Notes under the pieces: model-generated
What the model was told of the DNA's origin: nothing
Seen by the model: only the letters and a program-made list of their open reading frames with translations
Databases searched by the model: none
Origin: a virus
Lineage: Duplodnaviria; Caudoviricetes
Virus record (IMG/VR): IMGVR_UViG_3300032319_000696
Coordinates: 1-30,453 of that record
DNA length: 30,453 bases
Strand: one strand, 5' to 3'
In this document: positions 18,308-27,588 of the stretch, in pieces
Position numbering within the stretch: the first letter of the stretch is position 1
Layout: each line of letters starts with the position of its first letter
Translations under genes and position numbers: made by a program

Positions 18308-19920
18308 AACTCAATTCTAATAATTTTATTATTGATATCAATTACCATTTTTCCATCGATGGATCGTAGTGAACCTGAAACTACAGTACCTAAATTTTGT
18401 GATACATCTGACAAGGAATTTGCCGTAACATTTAAGTTATTAAATATATTAGATGAAAGCTGAGATCTTGTAATAGTACCAGAAATAATTTTTGTACCAT
18501 TAATTGAATTTCCTGCAATTTCTCTATCAGTTATAGACCCAGCTTGGATTTTTCCTGTTGTCACAGCATTTGGCGATAATTCTGCGGATCCTATAGATAA
18601 GTCTAGTATTTGTCTTCCTGTTATAGTGTTATCTGCAATTCTATCCCCGGTTACTGCACCAAGTACTATTTTACTATTAGTTACAGAATTTGCGGATAAC
18701 TCTACATTACTAACTTGACCCGCATTTAAAACAATATTTGTTACTGTAGTATTTGCTCCTGGAGAATATAAATCCCAAACAGATTTGTCTGTTCTTAAAA
18801 TATAACTCTTTCCTGATACAATTACTAAATCTCCGGGATTATAGTATGTTACATCTGAAGGCAATGCTCCTAGTGTTTGTATTCTTGCGGTACCTGCATT
18901 TGCCGTATATTGTGATATTGTATTCCATTGGGATCCTGTATAGATATACAGATCAGCGTTCGCCCCAGTTTTTGTGAATAATGTATATGCATTCGCGCTT
19001 GCAGGCAATGCGGTTCCTGCAGATATTCCACTTCCACTTCCACCTGAAGCACCACTAACATAATTGCTTAAATTTTGCCAGGCTCCACTTATGAATATAT
19101 ACGCGGTAGTACCTACAACAACTGTTCTACCTGAATAGTTTGTAGGATCCCCTACCGCAGGCAATACGGATAATACATCTAATCCAGATGGGGCGCTTGA
19201 TGTTATAACACTTGATAATGTTTTCCATGCGCCGGATATAAAGAAATATGGTAATGCATTTGCTGTTTCATAATATAAAGTACCCTCGGGTGCTGTTGCT
19301 GGTCTAACTGAACCAACAGTTATTGCGGTATCGCCTCTAAACTTAACCCATCTTGAGTCTGATCCTGCGGCCCTAGCAATCGCAGCATCTGCCGATAATC
19401 CCGTACCATTTCCTGTAGGATATGAGGAATATATCCAAACATCTCCTAGATAAAATACTATTCTTCCTTGTGAATTTCCTGTTGTTGGTAATGCAGAAAC
19501 TACAGGAACACCGTTAACCGTTACAGTAGTATTGCCGGTACCTGTGGTTACCACAATATTAGCTGCACTTATTCCACCAGTAAAACTAGTAATCTGACTA
19601 TCAACATAACCCTTTGTAGATAATGCTGAACCAAACCAAGTAATAGTGCCATCTTGATTTAAATATAATCCTTCTTGTCCGTTTAAGGCAACACCTATTT
19701 CGCCCGTTGCAGGATTATAGAATCCTGTACGTTTATCATTTTCCCATGTGTATCCTGGCGCAAATTGATTATCATTACTAAACGAAGTTACTTGTCCTCC
19801 AGTATATAAGGAGTTTAAACTATTGTTTATTTTAACGAACGAATCTCGTAATAGGTCACCTGTGCCGTCGTTGGCAGTAGTACCTACATTTACGTTTGAA
19901 AGATTTTTTAATGATGGCAT
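18304..19920 (-). CDS. Fibre/baseplate protein with T4 gp9/gp10-type N-terminus
   Basis: NVGTTANDGTGDLLRDSFVKIN.....LY is the gp9/gp10 N-terminal motif. Five LP..G...Y....W repeats; 10-aa-period VT..KI/IT..EI repeats; C-terminal LG.V.SG.LRS.DGKMVID.NN. Confidence 0.75.
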   Translation of the reverse strand: MPSLKNLSNVNVGTTANDGTGDLLRDSFVKINNSLNSLYTGGQVTSFSNDNQFAPGYTWENDKRTGFYNPATGEIGVALNGQEGLYLNQDGTITWFGSALSTKGYVDSQITSFTGGISAANIVVTTGTGNTTVTVNGVPVVSALPTTGNSQGRIVFYLGDVWIYSSYPTGNGTGLSADAAIARAAGSDSRWVKFRGDTAITVGSVRPATAPEGTLYYETANALPYFFISGAWKTLSSVITSSAPSGLDVLSVLPAVGDPTNYSGRTVVVGTTAYIFISGAWQNLSNYVSGASGGSGSGISAGTALPASANAYTLFTKTGANADLYIYTGSQWNTISQYTANAGTARIQTLGALPSDVTYYNPGDLVIVSGKSYILRTDKSVWDLYSPGANTTVTNIVLNAGQVSNVELSANSVTNSKIVLGAVTGDRIADNTITGRQILDLSIGSAELSPNAVTTGKIQAGSITDREIAGNSINGTKIISGTITRSQLSSNIFNNLNVTANSLSDVSQNLGTVVSGSLRSIDGKMVIDINNKIIRIEL

Positions 19921-19922
19921 AG

Positions 19923-20129
19923 TTAACTTAACTGTAAATGGTTTTTAATTTTCTGAAGCTCTTCCTTCAGCATATTTATTTCGTCTTGCATAATGGCAAT
20001 TTGATTTAATGTTTTTTTCTTTTGTTTATATGCCACTACGGAATTTATGTCATTATTTAGTATGGCAGAAGTATGCATATCTTTTACATATGTAGGATCA
20101 TTTTCTACAACAACATAACGATCTTCCAT
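19923..20129 (-). CDS. Small conserved coiled-coil virion-module protein
   Basis: 68 aa; V.KD..TSAILN.D...Y..KK followed by the heptad EINMLKEELQKIK. This type of gene typically follows the VrlC-like gene in T4-like cyanophage-type genomes. Confidence 0.7.
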   Translation of the reverse strand: MEDRYVVVENDPTYVKDMHTSAILNNDINSVVAYKQKKKTLNQIAIMQDEINMLKEELQKIKNHLQLS

Positions 20130-20130
20130 A

Positions 20131-21864
20131 TTATATTACTGAGGTTGCTGTTAGGTTTTTAATTTTTGGCAAATATATAGCATCATTAGAATAAAACACT
20201 ACCTTAATTTGATACTGCGCAAAATCTGTATAGGATGCTGTTATTGCAACATTTGATGCAATATTTGCTGCATTTGTATAACTAAGCAAAGGTTCAAGTA
20301 ACTGATATGTTTCTTGATTAAATTTGCTATCACTTGTTCCTGCGTATGTTTTTTGCTGGGGTGCATACAACGGCATTTTTACCCATGGCTTATTCTTAAT
20401 ACCAGAAACAAATGCATTGTCTGTTCTAGATAATACTCTACCAAATACTTCAATATCTGTTCCAACTTTTCTGTTAACATCCAATTTAACTTGCAACCCA
20501 GTGGAATCAAACCCTTCTTGTAAAGATATAACTTTACTAATATATCTTGATCTTGCAGTACCGCTATTAGGTAATAATTCACTAGCTGATATTTCTGAAG
20601 TATACGGTTTAATTAATGGGTTGAATATTTGAGCAGACATTAACTGTCTATCTAATATAGGACTCACGTCTTGATTCTTAGTTGTCATTGATACTTCTAA
20701 TACAGTATCACTATCATTTGAAACAGTTTGTCTAGAATCAAGTGTCGCAAATCCTCCTGTTGCTATATCTTTAAAATCGGATTTTATACCTGATCCTGCT
20801 TGAGTAGTTTGAATTCTATAATCAACCATTGCAGTTGAACCAAAATTAATTTCTGTGCTTAGTAATCTAAGTCTACTATATTCATTTACTGTATCTAAAG
20901 TAGCATTTTTCATTTTAAATGTAGATGTACCTGTTTTAAATTTAGCTTTTCGTATAACAAAAGTTAAATCTTCACTATTATCGCCAACCCAATCTCCAGT
21001 ATTTTGCGGTTTAAACAACAATCCAGCAAACGGTTGTTTTACTGTTAATCCGTCTCCCTGCTTTGCCGAGAATATTTGATACTTAGTGGATTTTGTTGTT
21101 ACACAAAATGCATATTCTCCAGGTTTTAGATATATCAAATGTGCAAAAGAAAATATTGTTGGTTGTATATCCCCTGTTGCTTGATCATATACATTGACAT
21201 TATTTGCATTTAGGGCACTAAAAGAGCCAGAAAAATATTCAGTAGTTGAGGGTTTACCGTTAACCATTGGTCTTAATTCTACAGCAATAGGCAATGTGTC
21301 GTCTTTTGTATAGAAAAATAAATTAATGCCTGTAACAAATATTCCTAAAGGATATTTTGTCCCATCAACTACAAAAGTTTGAGCTAAAGGATCTAATCTA
21401 GCCTGTGTAGTATTTGGTTGTGTAGAAGAACCAGAAACATCTGTTCTAAGTTTTTCCATTCTTCTTAAAGATAAAGTTCCACCTTGTTCGGTGTCAACCA
21501 AATCTAGACCATGATTCATGAATATTGCTTCAGAAATATATTTACAATCGGCAATACTGTTTGGGGCATCACCAAAAGTTATTAGCATTTCTCCTGCTAA
21601 AAATTTATACGGACCTTCAAAACTAGGAATAAAAAGATATCCGGATGCGTTTCCTAATTGATCTGTAACTATAGATTGTCCCAACAAAGGAGAATTTGTA
21701 GCAGGCGCGCAAAATTTAGTTATATCCACTCCGTTACAATAAACATATATTTTTGTATTGGGCGGCATTAACGAAACATTAAATCCTAGTATTTGTGAAC
21801 TAGAATATACAGGAAGTACATCGTTGTTTTGTGCTACTTGATTTTGATCTTGAATTTGAGCCAT
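20131..21864 (-). CDS. C-terminal half of DUF4815/VrlC-like baseplate structural protein
   Basis: 577 aa; DPLAQTFVV....G+FVT.+.LFF..KD..LP+.VELRPM.NG.P, EDLTF.+.KAKF, VSP+LD, RYISK.ISL, F..YQIKVV...P.IKNL motifs, which normally lie in the C-terminal part of one large protein. Own AGGA RBS. Confidence 0.75.
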   Translation of the reverse strand: MAQIQDQNQVAQNNDVLPVYSSSQILGFNVSLMPPNTKIYVYCNGVDITKFCAPATNSPLLGQSIVTDQLGNASGYLFIPSFEGPYKFLAGEMLITFGDAPNSIADCKYISEAIFMNHGLDLVDTEQGGTLSLRRMEKLRTDVSGSSTQPNTTQARLDPLAQTFVVDGTKYPLGIFVTGINLFFYTKDDTLPIAVELRPMVNGKPSTTEYFSGSFSALNANNVNVYDQATGDIQPTIFSFAHLIYLKPGEYAFCVTTKSTKYQIFSAKQGDGLTVKQPFAGLLFKPQNTGDWVGDNSEDLTFVIRKAKFKTGTSTFKMKNATLDTVNEYSRLRLLSTEINFGSTAMVDYRIQTTQAGSGIKSDFKDIATGGFATLDSRQTVSNDSDTVLEVSMTTKNQDVSPILDRQLMSAQIFNPLIKPYTSEISASELLPNSGTARSRYISKVISLQEGFDSTGLQVKLDVNRKVGTDIEVFGRVLSRTDNAFVSGIKNKPWVKMPLYAPQQKTYAGTSDSKFNQETYQLLEPLLSYTNAANIASNVAITASYTDFAQYQIKVVFYSNDAIYLPKIKNLTATSVI

Positions 21865-21888
21865 TTATTTTTCCTATTAATATACTAT

Positions 21889-21895
21889 TATTTAA
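21889..21895 (-). promoter_or_regulatory. Possible late-promoter variant (TTAAATA) upstream of the 577-aa gene
   Basis: TAAATA core in a 31-nt AT-rich gap, followed by an AGGA RBS; imperfect match to consensus. Confidence 0.35.
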
Positions 21896-24800
21896 TTACC
21901 ATCCACCAATGTCTGCCAAACTATCGCCTAAATCATTAACCCCATTTACTATATCTTGACCGGTTTTTTGTACCTGATCGCCCGCGTGTTTTACAGCTGC
22001 GCCTATTTCTGGAGCATATTTTATTACTACATATGTTGCTGCAATTGCGAGTGCTACTTGTGGTAAGTAGCTTGCTATAGATGCTGTTTCACTTGCCGCT
22101 GCTGCAGCAGCTTGTTCTGCTTCAATAGCAGCATTTACTTCTGCAGCAGTTGATGCCTCGGTTATTGTTGCAGTCGTTGCAGTTGTTGCTGCTATTCCGG
22201 TCCCGGTTGCTGCCGCGGTTTGTTCTGCTTCAATATAAGCAAGTGTTTCTGCAGAAGTTGATGCTTCCGTTATTCCACCCCCTACAATAGTTGTTGACGC
22301 TGTGCCTTCAGCGACGGCTGCAGATCCTAAACTTGCTCCTACAGGAGCAAGTGTTGTGCCCGTAACTGTTATACTTAATGAACCTAGTGCAGGAAAATAT
22401 GCAGCACCCGCAGCTATCAAAGAATTGTACCCTACAATAAAATATGCATAAGCAGTGGTTGCTATACTAGTTATTGCCGTTCCGATTGCGCCTGCTATTA
22501 TTGCACCAACTCCTGTCGAGATAAGATAATATCCAGACACAATTAACAAACCTGTTAATAATAAATTAACACCTCTTCCATTTTGTCTTGAAAGAACTGC
22601 TCTGCCTCTACCGTCATCTATGCCTGCAGGATTTACGTTGATAATATGATTAGCTTCTAAATTGGATGCAAATATTTCTTCAACATAAGGCATACTAATA
22701 ATATCATTTGTTCTTGCTATATTAGTATTATTAGTGTCAACCATAAAGAAACTAATATCTTTAGATGCTACGCCTGGAGAACAAACTTTATCTACGGTAT
22801 CTATTGCACAAAGAAATCCGCCATTTAAAGTATCGCCCTTACCTATTGTCGTAAAATCTTCTACTAAAATTCCTGTTTTTAATAAGGAATCTCCGTTATC
22901 GTTTGTTATAACACCTTTAAGATTTGCAATTTCTATTGCATGTAATTTTATTTGTCTATCTAATCTGGTTGTTAGTTTTTGTATATTACCTATATCCGCC
23001 ATAGTATATCGTTTATAATCAGAATATGAAATAACACATTCTGTTGCATTATAGGTATATGCAGGTACTGCGATTGTCGCTATACTCAATTTAGTTAAAT
23101 CTGAATTATCTGCAGGCTCTGTGGGTGTTATTGAAGGAATACCTGTTTCAATTAAAAAACTATTATAAGGAGAATTAAAATTTTGTAACGTATTTGTTAC
23201 ATATAGTCTATCAATTCTGCCTAATAAGTATGTAACATCTGCTTCACTAATAGCACCGCTGATTGGAATAACAGCAGTATCATAATTTTGATATATACTA
23301 TTATCAATTCTTCTTGGTCTAAAATCTATAGAATCTCTTAAAATATATTCTTTACTATCTGTAACAGATCTGTAAGTGGGCAATGAAGAATATAAATTTG
23401 CATTATATGATTCTGCAGTTAATGGTCCTTCTCCAGTATGAGTAAAATACGAAAATGTTACTAATACGTTTCCAGGTATACCTGAAGTTCCGCCTATATA
23501 TTTTATAGAAGAATGATCATAAAAATTATCTCGTTGACCGTCATTTAAAACAAAATTATTTGAAGATAATGGAGATATTGGAGACCAAGCATTTGCACTA
23601 TAAACTGATATATTAGACGACGGAGAAATTGATTTATATATGTGACCATAATTTGAAACAACATCCTCATAGTCGTAACTTGTTGCAGAAGACCAACTGC
23701 CTCTATATTTTGCAATATTTGATAGTTTATAAATTCCTCCAAAGCGATATACGTCTGCTATACCCAAACTATATTCTTTTTCTGCAGCATTTATCTCAAC
23801 ATTAATTACTGCATTTTGAACTAATGTTTTTGTTCTAATTTGCGTATCATCATTTTGTATTTTTAATAAAATGTCTGCAACACCCGTAAAAGAAGGATCT
23901 CCCAGATCAAATGCAACTGTTGCTCCCGATCCTGTAACTACTACAGATCCTCTTTCAAAATTAAATGCCCCCAGTTTAATATTTGCTGTTGCCCCAGATT
24001 TAACCAATACAACGAAATTTGATCTTGCGGTACTTGCAGGAATAGTTCCGTCTCCTACTGCAAGCGTTTCTGGCAATGAAAGAGTTTTACTATAAGTTCC
24101 ACCTGAAAAAATAGCATTGTTATAAACCTTATTATATTGTGTTCTAATATTTCGTAAGGTAGTTACATATTTTTTGTTTATGTCGTATACTAATTTATCT
24201 GCAGATATTGGATCAAATATTTTTATATTGTTTGAGGCATCTAAACCTGCAGGATCTGCTATATCCGCATAAAAGAAAGGTGAAGCATAGGTTGCAGATG
24301 TTCCTTGATTTGTTAATTCATTAGAAACGCCTACAATACTTTTAACTTGTCGAACATTTAATAATCCATCGATAAACGGACTATTATTAATAACTTGAAG
24401 ATATGATTTAGTATTTGATAATACTCTTGAAGCATCACTGGTGCCTCCGGTTTCTGCTGCCAATGCAAAAGTTTGTTTAACTTTTGCAATATCTCTACCA
24501 TTAGAATCCCAATATTTCCACCAATATGCTACTCCAGCAACATCGGGTTCTCTAAATAAACCATAATGAGGTGTACTAGCAGCACCATAATTTCCTAATA
24601 AATCATTATTCGTATATAATACATTTGCTATGTATTGTCCTTCATCTGAGGGTATGTTATATTTTGTTGACCATGCGGACCAAGATGCGGGTGCTTCAGA
24701 TACTGGGGCATAGTAATTATAAAAGAATTTAAAGAGAGTGTCTTGCCCCAAGGATGTATCATATTCTAAATCTTTAAAACTAACCGTTCCTACTCTTGTA

Positions 24801-26269
24801 GTTGCATTTGCAGGATTTCTAACATTATGCAATTCTAAAAAGCTATAACTTGCAGTAGCTGTTTGTGGCGGAATTAAAAGATATTTTACATTGGAAACTT
24901 TTAAATAATTTCCTTGAAATGTATTAATATTATACCCGACCTTTGTTTCAGTTTTATTAGATTTGGGTATAATTAATCTAGTAGTACCTATAGTTTTTAC
25001 TGGAAATCCTCCAACATATGCCTTGCCTGGACCTATACTAAATCGTAAATTTGGATTGTTTGCATATGTTATTCCTGGAGTAACATGAAATTGATCTACA
25101 ATATAGTTACCAGACTCGTCATACGTTCTTTCCGCAAGTTTTTTCTCTAAGTTACTATCCACAGATAGTTCTCTTAGATATTCTATATCCCCTCGATTAA
25201 AATTCAGTAAGGGAATTATATCTTTTCCTGTTGTATTTCCTGTGTTTATATAATCAGTTATACTTTTCTTTTGTATATCTATACTTGCTAAGGACAGTTC
25301 TATTTTTAATCTATCTGCACCTGATGCAAAATAGTTAGAACTTTCAAAAGCGGGATCTAACAACGAAGGATCATCTTCACTCGTAATAATTTGTTGATTA
25401 GATAAAAATGCTATTAATTTTGTAGGGTATGCAGTTGTTTTATCAGGTACAACTTTAGATAAAGTATTTTGTACAAAATAACCGTATTTATAAAATGTAG
25501 CAATGTCTTGTGTAACAATGGAAGTTGGATTACATGCTTTAGTTACAAATGAAACCGTCTCTCCCCCAATTACAACACCTGGTTCATTATTAACAAGCAC
25601 TTCTAAAGTATTAACTATTTCCGTCACATATAAAGGAGTAGTTAATAATGGGTGAACAACTAAATCCCCAATAGAAATTAATGTAGTTGGATTGGTAAAT
25701 GTTATGGATCTTGAATATGGTGATATTGTAGATATTGCATTCTTTGTAATATCTGTAGTTGTTCTTGCTTTAAAGTTTGGTGTCGCCTCATTTAATGCAT
25801 CAGTGTAATCTGTATAAAAATATAAATCCTCAGCATCAGATGCACCAAACATTCCATTATTTGTAGAATTGAATTTCTTTAAAGATATTACTATAGATGG
25901 AGTATCTCCTAAATTAGGATCGTCTGCAGAATATACAAATTCCACATATCCAATTAAATCTTTAGTTGTTCCTCCTGTTACATACGTACCCAAAAAATCA
26001 TTTACATTTATTGGAACGCCTCTATTATCCAAAGAGTTTAATCTAATGTTTCTTACATTAAGATTTACTATGGGTTTAGGGCCTAAAACTTTATCAGAAT
26101 CTGTAAATAGAAAATCTCCAACTTGCTTTATTTGATTTTGTAATATACTTTGAGATTGTGTTAGTTCTCTAGATTGTACTGCAACACCTGGTTTGAATAG
26201 TACCTTAACGTAATTTTTGGTTGCGTCAAAGTCATCAAAGTAAGGTGAAACCTTTGTTAAATCCGCCAT
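21896..26269 (-). CDS. DUF4815/VrlC-like large baseplate structural protein, N-terminal part
   Basis: 1457 aa; SPYFDDFD..KNY.KVLFKPG.AVQ.RELTQ.QSILQNQI, GADRLKI.L, LAERTYDESGNY.V, GKAYV.G, DGQRDNFYD, LRD.IDFRP, KRYTM.DI, KTGILVEDF motifs. Confidence 0.85.
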   Translation of the reverse strand: MADLTKVSPYFDDFDATKNYVKVLFKPGVAVQSRELTQSQSILQNQIKQVGDFLFTDSDKVLGPKPIVNLNVRNIRLNSLDNRGVPINVNDFLGTYVTGGTTKDLIGYVEFVYSADDPNLGDTPSIVISLKKFNSTNNGMFGASDAEDLYFYTDYTDALNEATPNFKARTTTDITKNAISTISPYSRSITFTNPTTLISIGDLVVHPLLTTPLYVTEIVNTLEVLVNNEPGVVIGGETVSFVTKACNPTSIVTQDIATFYKYGYFVQNTLSKVVPDKTTAYPTKLIAFLSNQQIITSEDDPSLLDPAFESSNYFASGADRLKIELSLASIDIQKKSITDYINTGNTTGKDIIPLLNFNRGDIEYLRELSVDSNLEKKLAERTYDESGNYIVDQFHVTPGITYANNPNLRFSIGPGKAYVGGFPVKTIGTTRLIIPKSNKTETKVGYNINTFQGNYLKVSNVKYLLIPPQTATASYSFLELHNVRNPANATTRVGTVSFKDLEYDTSLGQDTLFKFFYNYYAPVSEAPASWSAWSTKYNIPSDEGQYIANVLYTNNDLLGNYGAASTPHYGLFREPDVAGVAYWWKYWDSNGRDIAKVKQTFALAAETGGTSDASRVLSNTKSYLQVINNSPFIDGLLNVRQVKSIVGVSNELTNQGTSATYASPFFYADIADPAGLDASNNIKIFDPISADKLVYDINKKYVTTLRNIRTQYNKVYNNAIFSGGTYSKTLSLPETLAVGDGTIPASTARSNFVVLVKSGATANIKLGAFNFERGSVVVTGSGATVAFDLGDPSFTGVADILLKIQNDDTQIRTKTLVQNAVINVEINAAEKEYSLGIADVYRFGGIYKLSNIAKYRGSWSSATSYDYEDVVSNYGHIYKSISPSSNISVYSANAWSPISPLSSNNFVLNDGQRDNFYDHSSIKYIGGTSGIPGNVLVTFSYFTHTGEGPLTAESYNANLYSSLPTYRSVTDSKEYILRDSIDFRPRRIDNSIYQNYDTAVIPISGAISEADVTYLLGRIDRLYVTNTLQNFNSPYNSFLIETGIPSITPTEPADNSDLTKLSIATIAVPAYTYNATECVISYSDYKRYTMADIGNIQKLTTRLDRQIKLHAIEIANLKGVITNDNGDSLLKTGILVEDFTTIGKGDTLNGGFLCAIDTVDKVCSPGVASKDISFFMVDTNNTNIARTNDIISMPYVEEIFASNLEANHIINVNPAGIDDGRGRAVLSRQNGRGVNLLLTGLLIVSGYYLISTGVGAIIAGAIGTAITSIATTAYAYFIVGYNSLIAAGAAYFPALGSLSITVTGTTLAPVGASLGSAAVAEGTASTTIVGGGITEASTSAETLAYIEAEQTAAATGTGIAATTATTATITEASTAAEVNAAIEAEQAAAAAASETASIASYLPQVALAIAATYVVIKYAPEIGAAVKHAGDQVQKTGQDIVNGVNDLGDSLADIGGW

Positions 26270-26278
26270 ATCTTTTCC

Positions 26279-27577
26279 TTAAAATTCTAATACAAGATGT
26301 AGATTATCTGTTTGGTTTATTAATCTAGTTAACGGAGGTTTATTTTCCACATAGATTATATCACCGGTATTTTTTATTACTTCTGCTACGATTGTATTTG
26401 CAACAACTGCAGTTGCACCAGAAGTTTTGCCTAGTACAGTTTCGCCTATACTAAATTTTTTATAATTGCTTGTCAAATCAAAAGACTGTATATATTTTAA
26501 GTATCCATTACCAGAAACAACATTAGAAGTAACCACATACGCATTTGCATTTGTATTTTGGCCTTCTAAAAATTCATTATTAGAAAAACTACCATTTATT
26601 GAAGTAAGTCTTAAACCTGCTAGACCACTTAATGTTGCTGTATTTGCATTGGTATTATAAACATTCTTGGGATTTTTTATTAGACCTAATTGTCTAAAGG
26701 TAAACCCTGCAGGGAAATCCCCATAACCTTCATTATATTCTGTTTTAACATTTAGCATAACAAAATGCGCACCTAATTCTAAAACAGGATCTGCCCCATG
26801 TCCGAGCAAAGGACTTATGATTGGTTTTATGTTTCCAGATTTTCCAGAATTCTGCGTATCATTTAATGTTGCGGAAATAAAATTATATCCTTTTCCGGGA
26901 TTAATATATGAAAAATCATATAAAACTCCCAAATTTTGTCTAGCCTTTATGTCTGCATTAGCACCATCGCCTTCAATAGTAACGTTTGTAAATACTGAAT
27001 AATTAGTACCGCCATTGTATATCTTAATATTTTCAATTCCTCCTGGCACTGCAACTGCTGCAACCGCATCATTTTTTCTAACAGGCATCCAATTAGTTGT
27101 TAGAAATTTTAACTTATCAGATGTTGAAATTGTATATAAGTATTTCCACTTATAATTATCCGAAGTTTTGAATATGTTTAAACTTTGACCCGTTGGTTGC
27201 ACGGTAGATTCTGAACCGCCAGAATTATCTATACATTTATATACGTCTAGATCTTTGTTTACCACATAGAAATTTTTATCCAATAAATTTTCATCATCAT
27301 GTGCATATTCTGCGTATACAGTTTTAAATTGCCAATCAATACGTTTAACAACATTGACCATATTGCCCGGAGTAATTTGTTTTAAGCTAACAATATTGTC
27401 CCACACACTAGGTTCTAGTTGTAGATTATCTCTTATACCCGGAACATCTTCATTTGCATTCCAAGGGCCAGGTTTGGATAAAAACATATACAAAGAAACA
27501 TTCCCGGAAGTATTAAAACTATCTAGGAAATTTTTTGCATTAACTAATTTGAATTTATTGGTTATTATATTCGGCAT
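26279..27577 (-). CDS. gp8: Baseplate wedge subunit
   Basis: 432 aa; VVKRIDW, FYVVN....VYKCIDN, TSDNYKWKYLYTI, F.T.NWMPV, GHG.DPV.ELGA, FRQ.GLIKNP, G.IIY.EN..P..R...Q motifs. Confidence 0.9.
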   Translation of the reverse strand: MPNIITNKFKLVNAKNFLDSFNTSGNVSLYMFLSKPGPWNANEDVPGIRDNLQLEPSVWDNIVSLKQITPGNMVNVVKRIDWQFKTVYAEYAHDDENLLDKNFYVVNKDLDVYKCIDNSGGSESTVQPTGQSLNIFKTSDNYKWKYLYTISTSDKLKFLTTNWMPVRKNDAVAAVAVPGGIENIKIYNGGTNYSVFTNVTIEGDGANADIKARQNLGVLYDFSYINPGKGYNFISATLNDTQNSGKSGNIKPIISPLLGHGADPVLELGAHFVMLNVKTEYNEGYGDFPAGFTFRQLGLIKNPKNVYNTNANTATLSGLAGLRLTSINGSFSNNEFLEGQNTNANAYVVTSNVVSGNGYLKYIQSFDLTSNYKKFSIGETVLGKTSGATAVVANTIVAEVIKNTGDIIYVENKPPLTRLINQTDNLHLVLEF

Positions 27578-27581
27578 TTAT

Positions 27582-27588
27582 TATTTAT
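27582..27588 (-). promoter_or_regulatory. Putative late promoter ATAAATA just upstream of gp8 (possibly leaderless)
   Basis: AATAAATA, then ATAA, then ATG; no Shine-Dalgarno in the 10-nt gap. Confidence 0.5.

Noticed and set aside
10577-23742. Short alternative-frame minus-strand ORFs (10577-10759, 18870-19061, 20379-20582, 23545-23742)
   Set aside because: Nested out of frame in long genes, 60-67 aa, without RBS or motifs; consistent with chance.
25485-25492. Exact TATAAATA on the minus strand inside the 1457-aa gene
   Set aside because: Deep within coding sequence with no nearby downstream start; expected by chance in AT-rich DNA.
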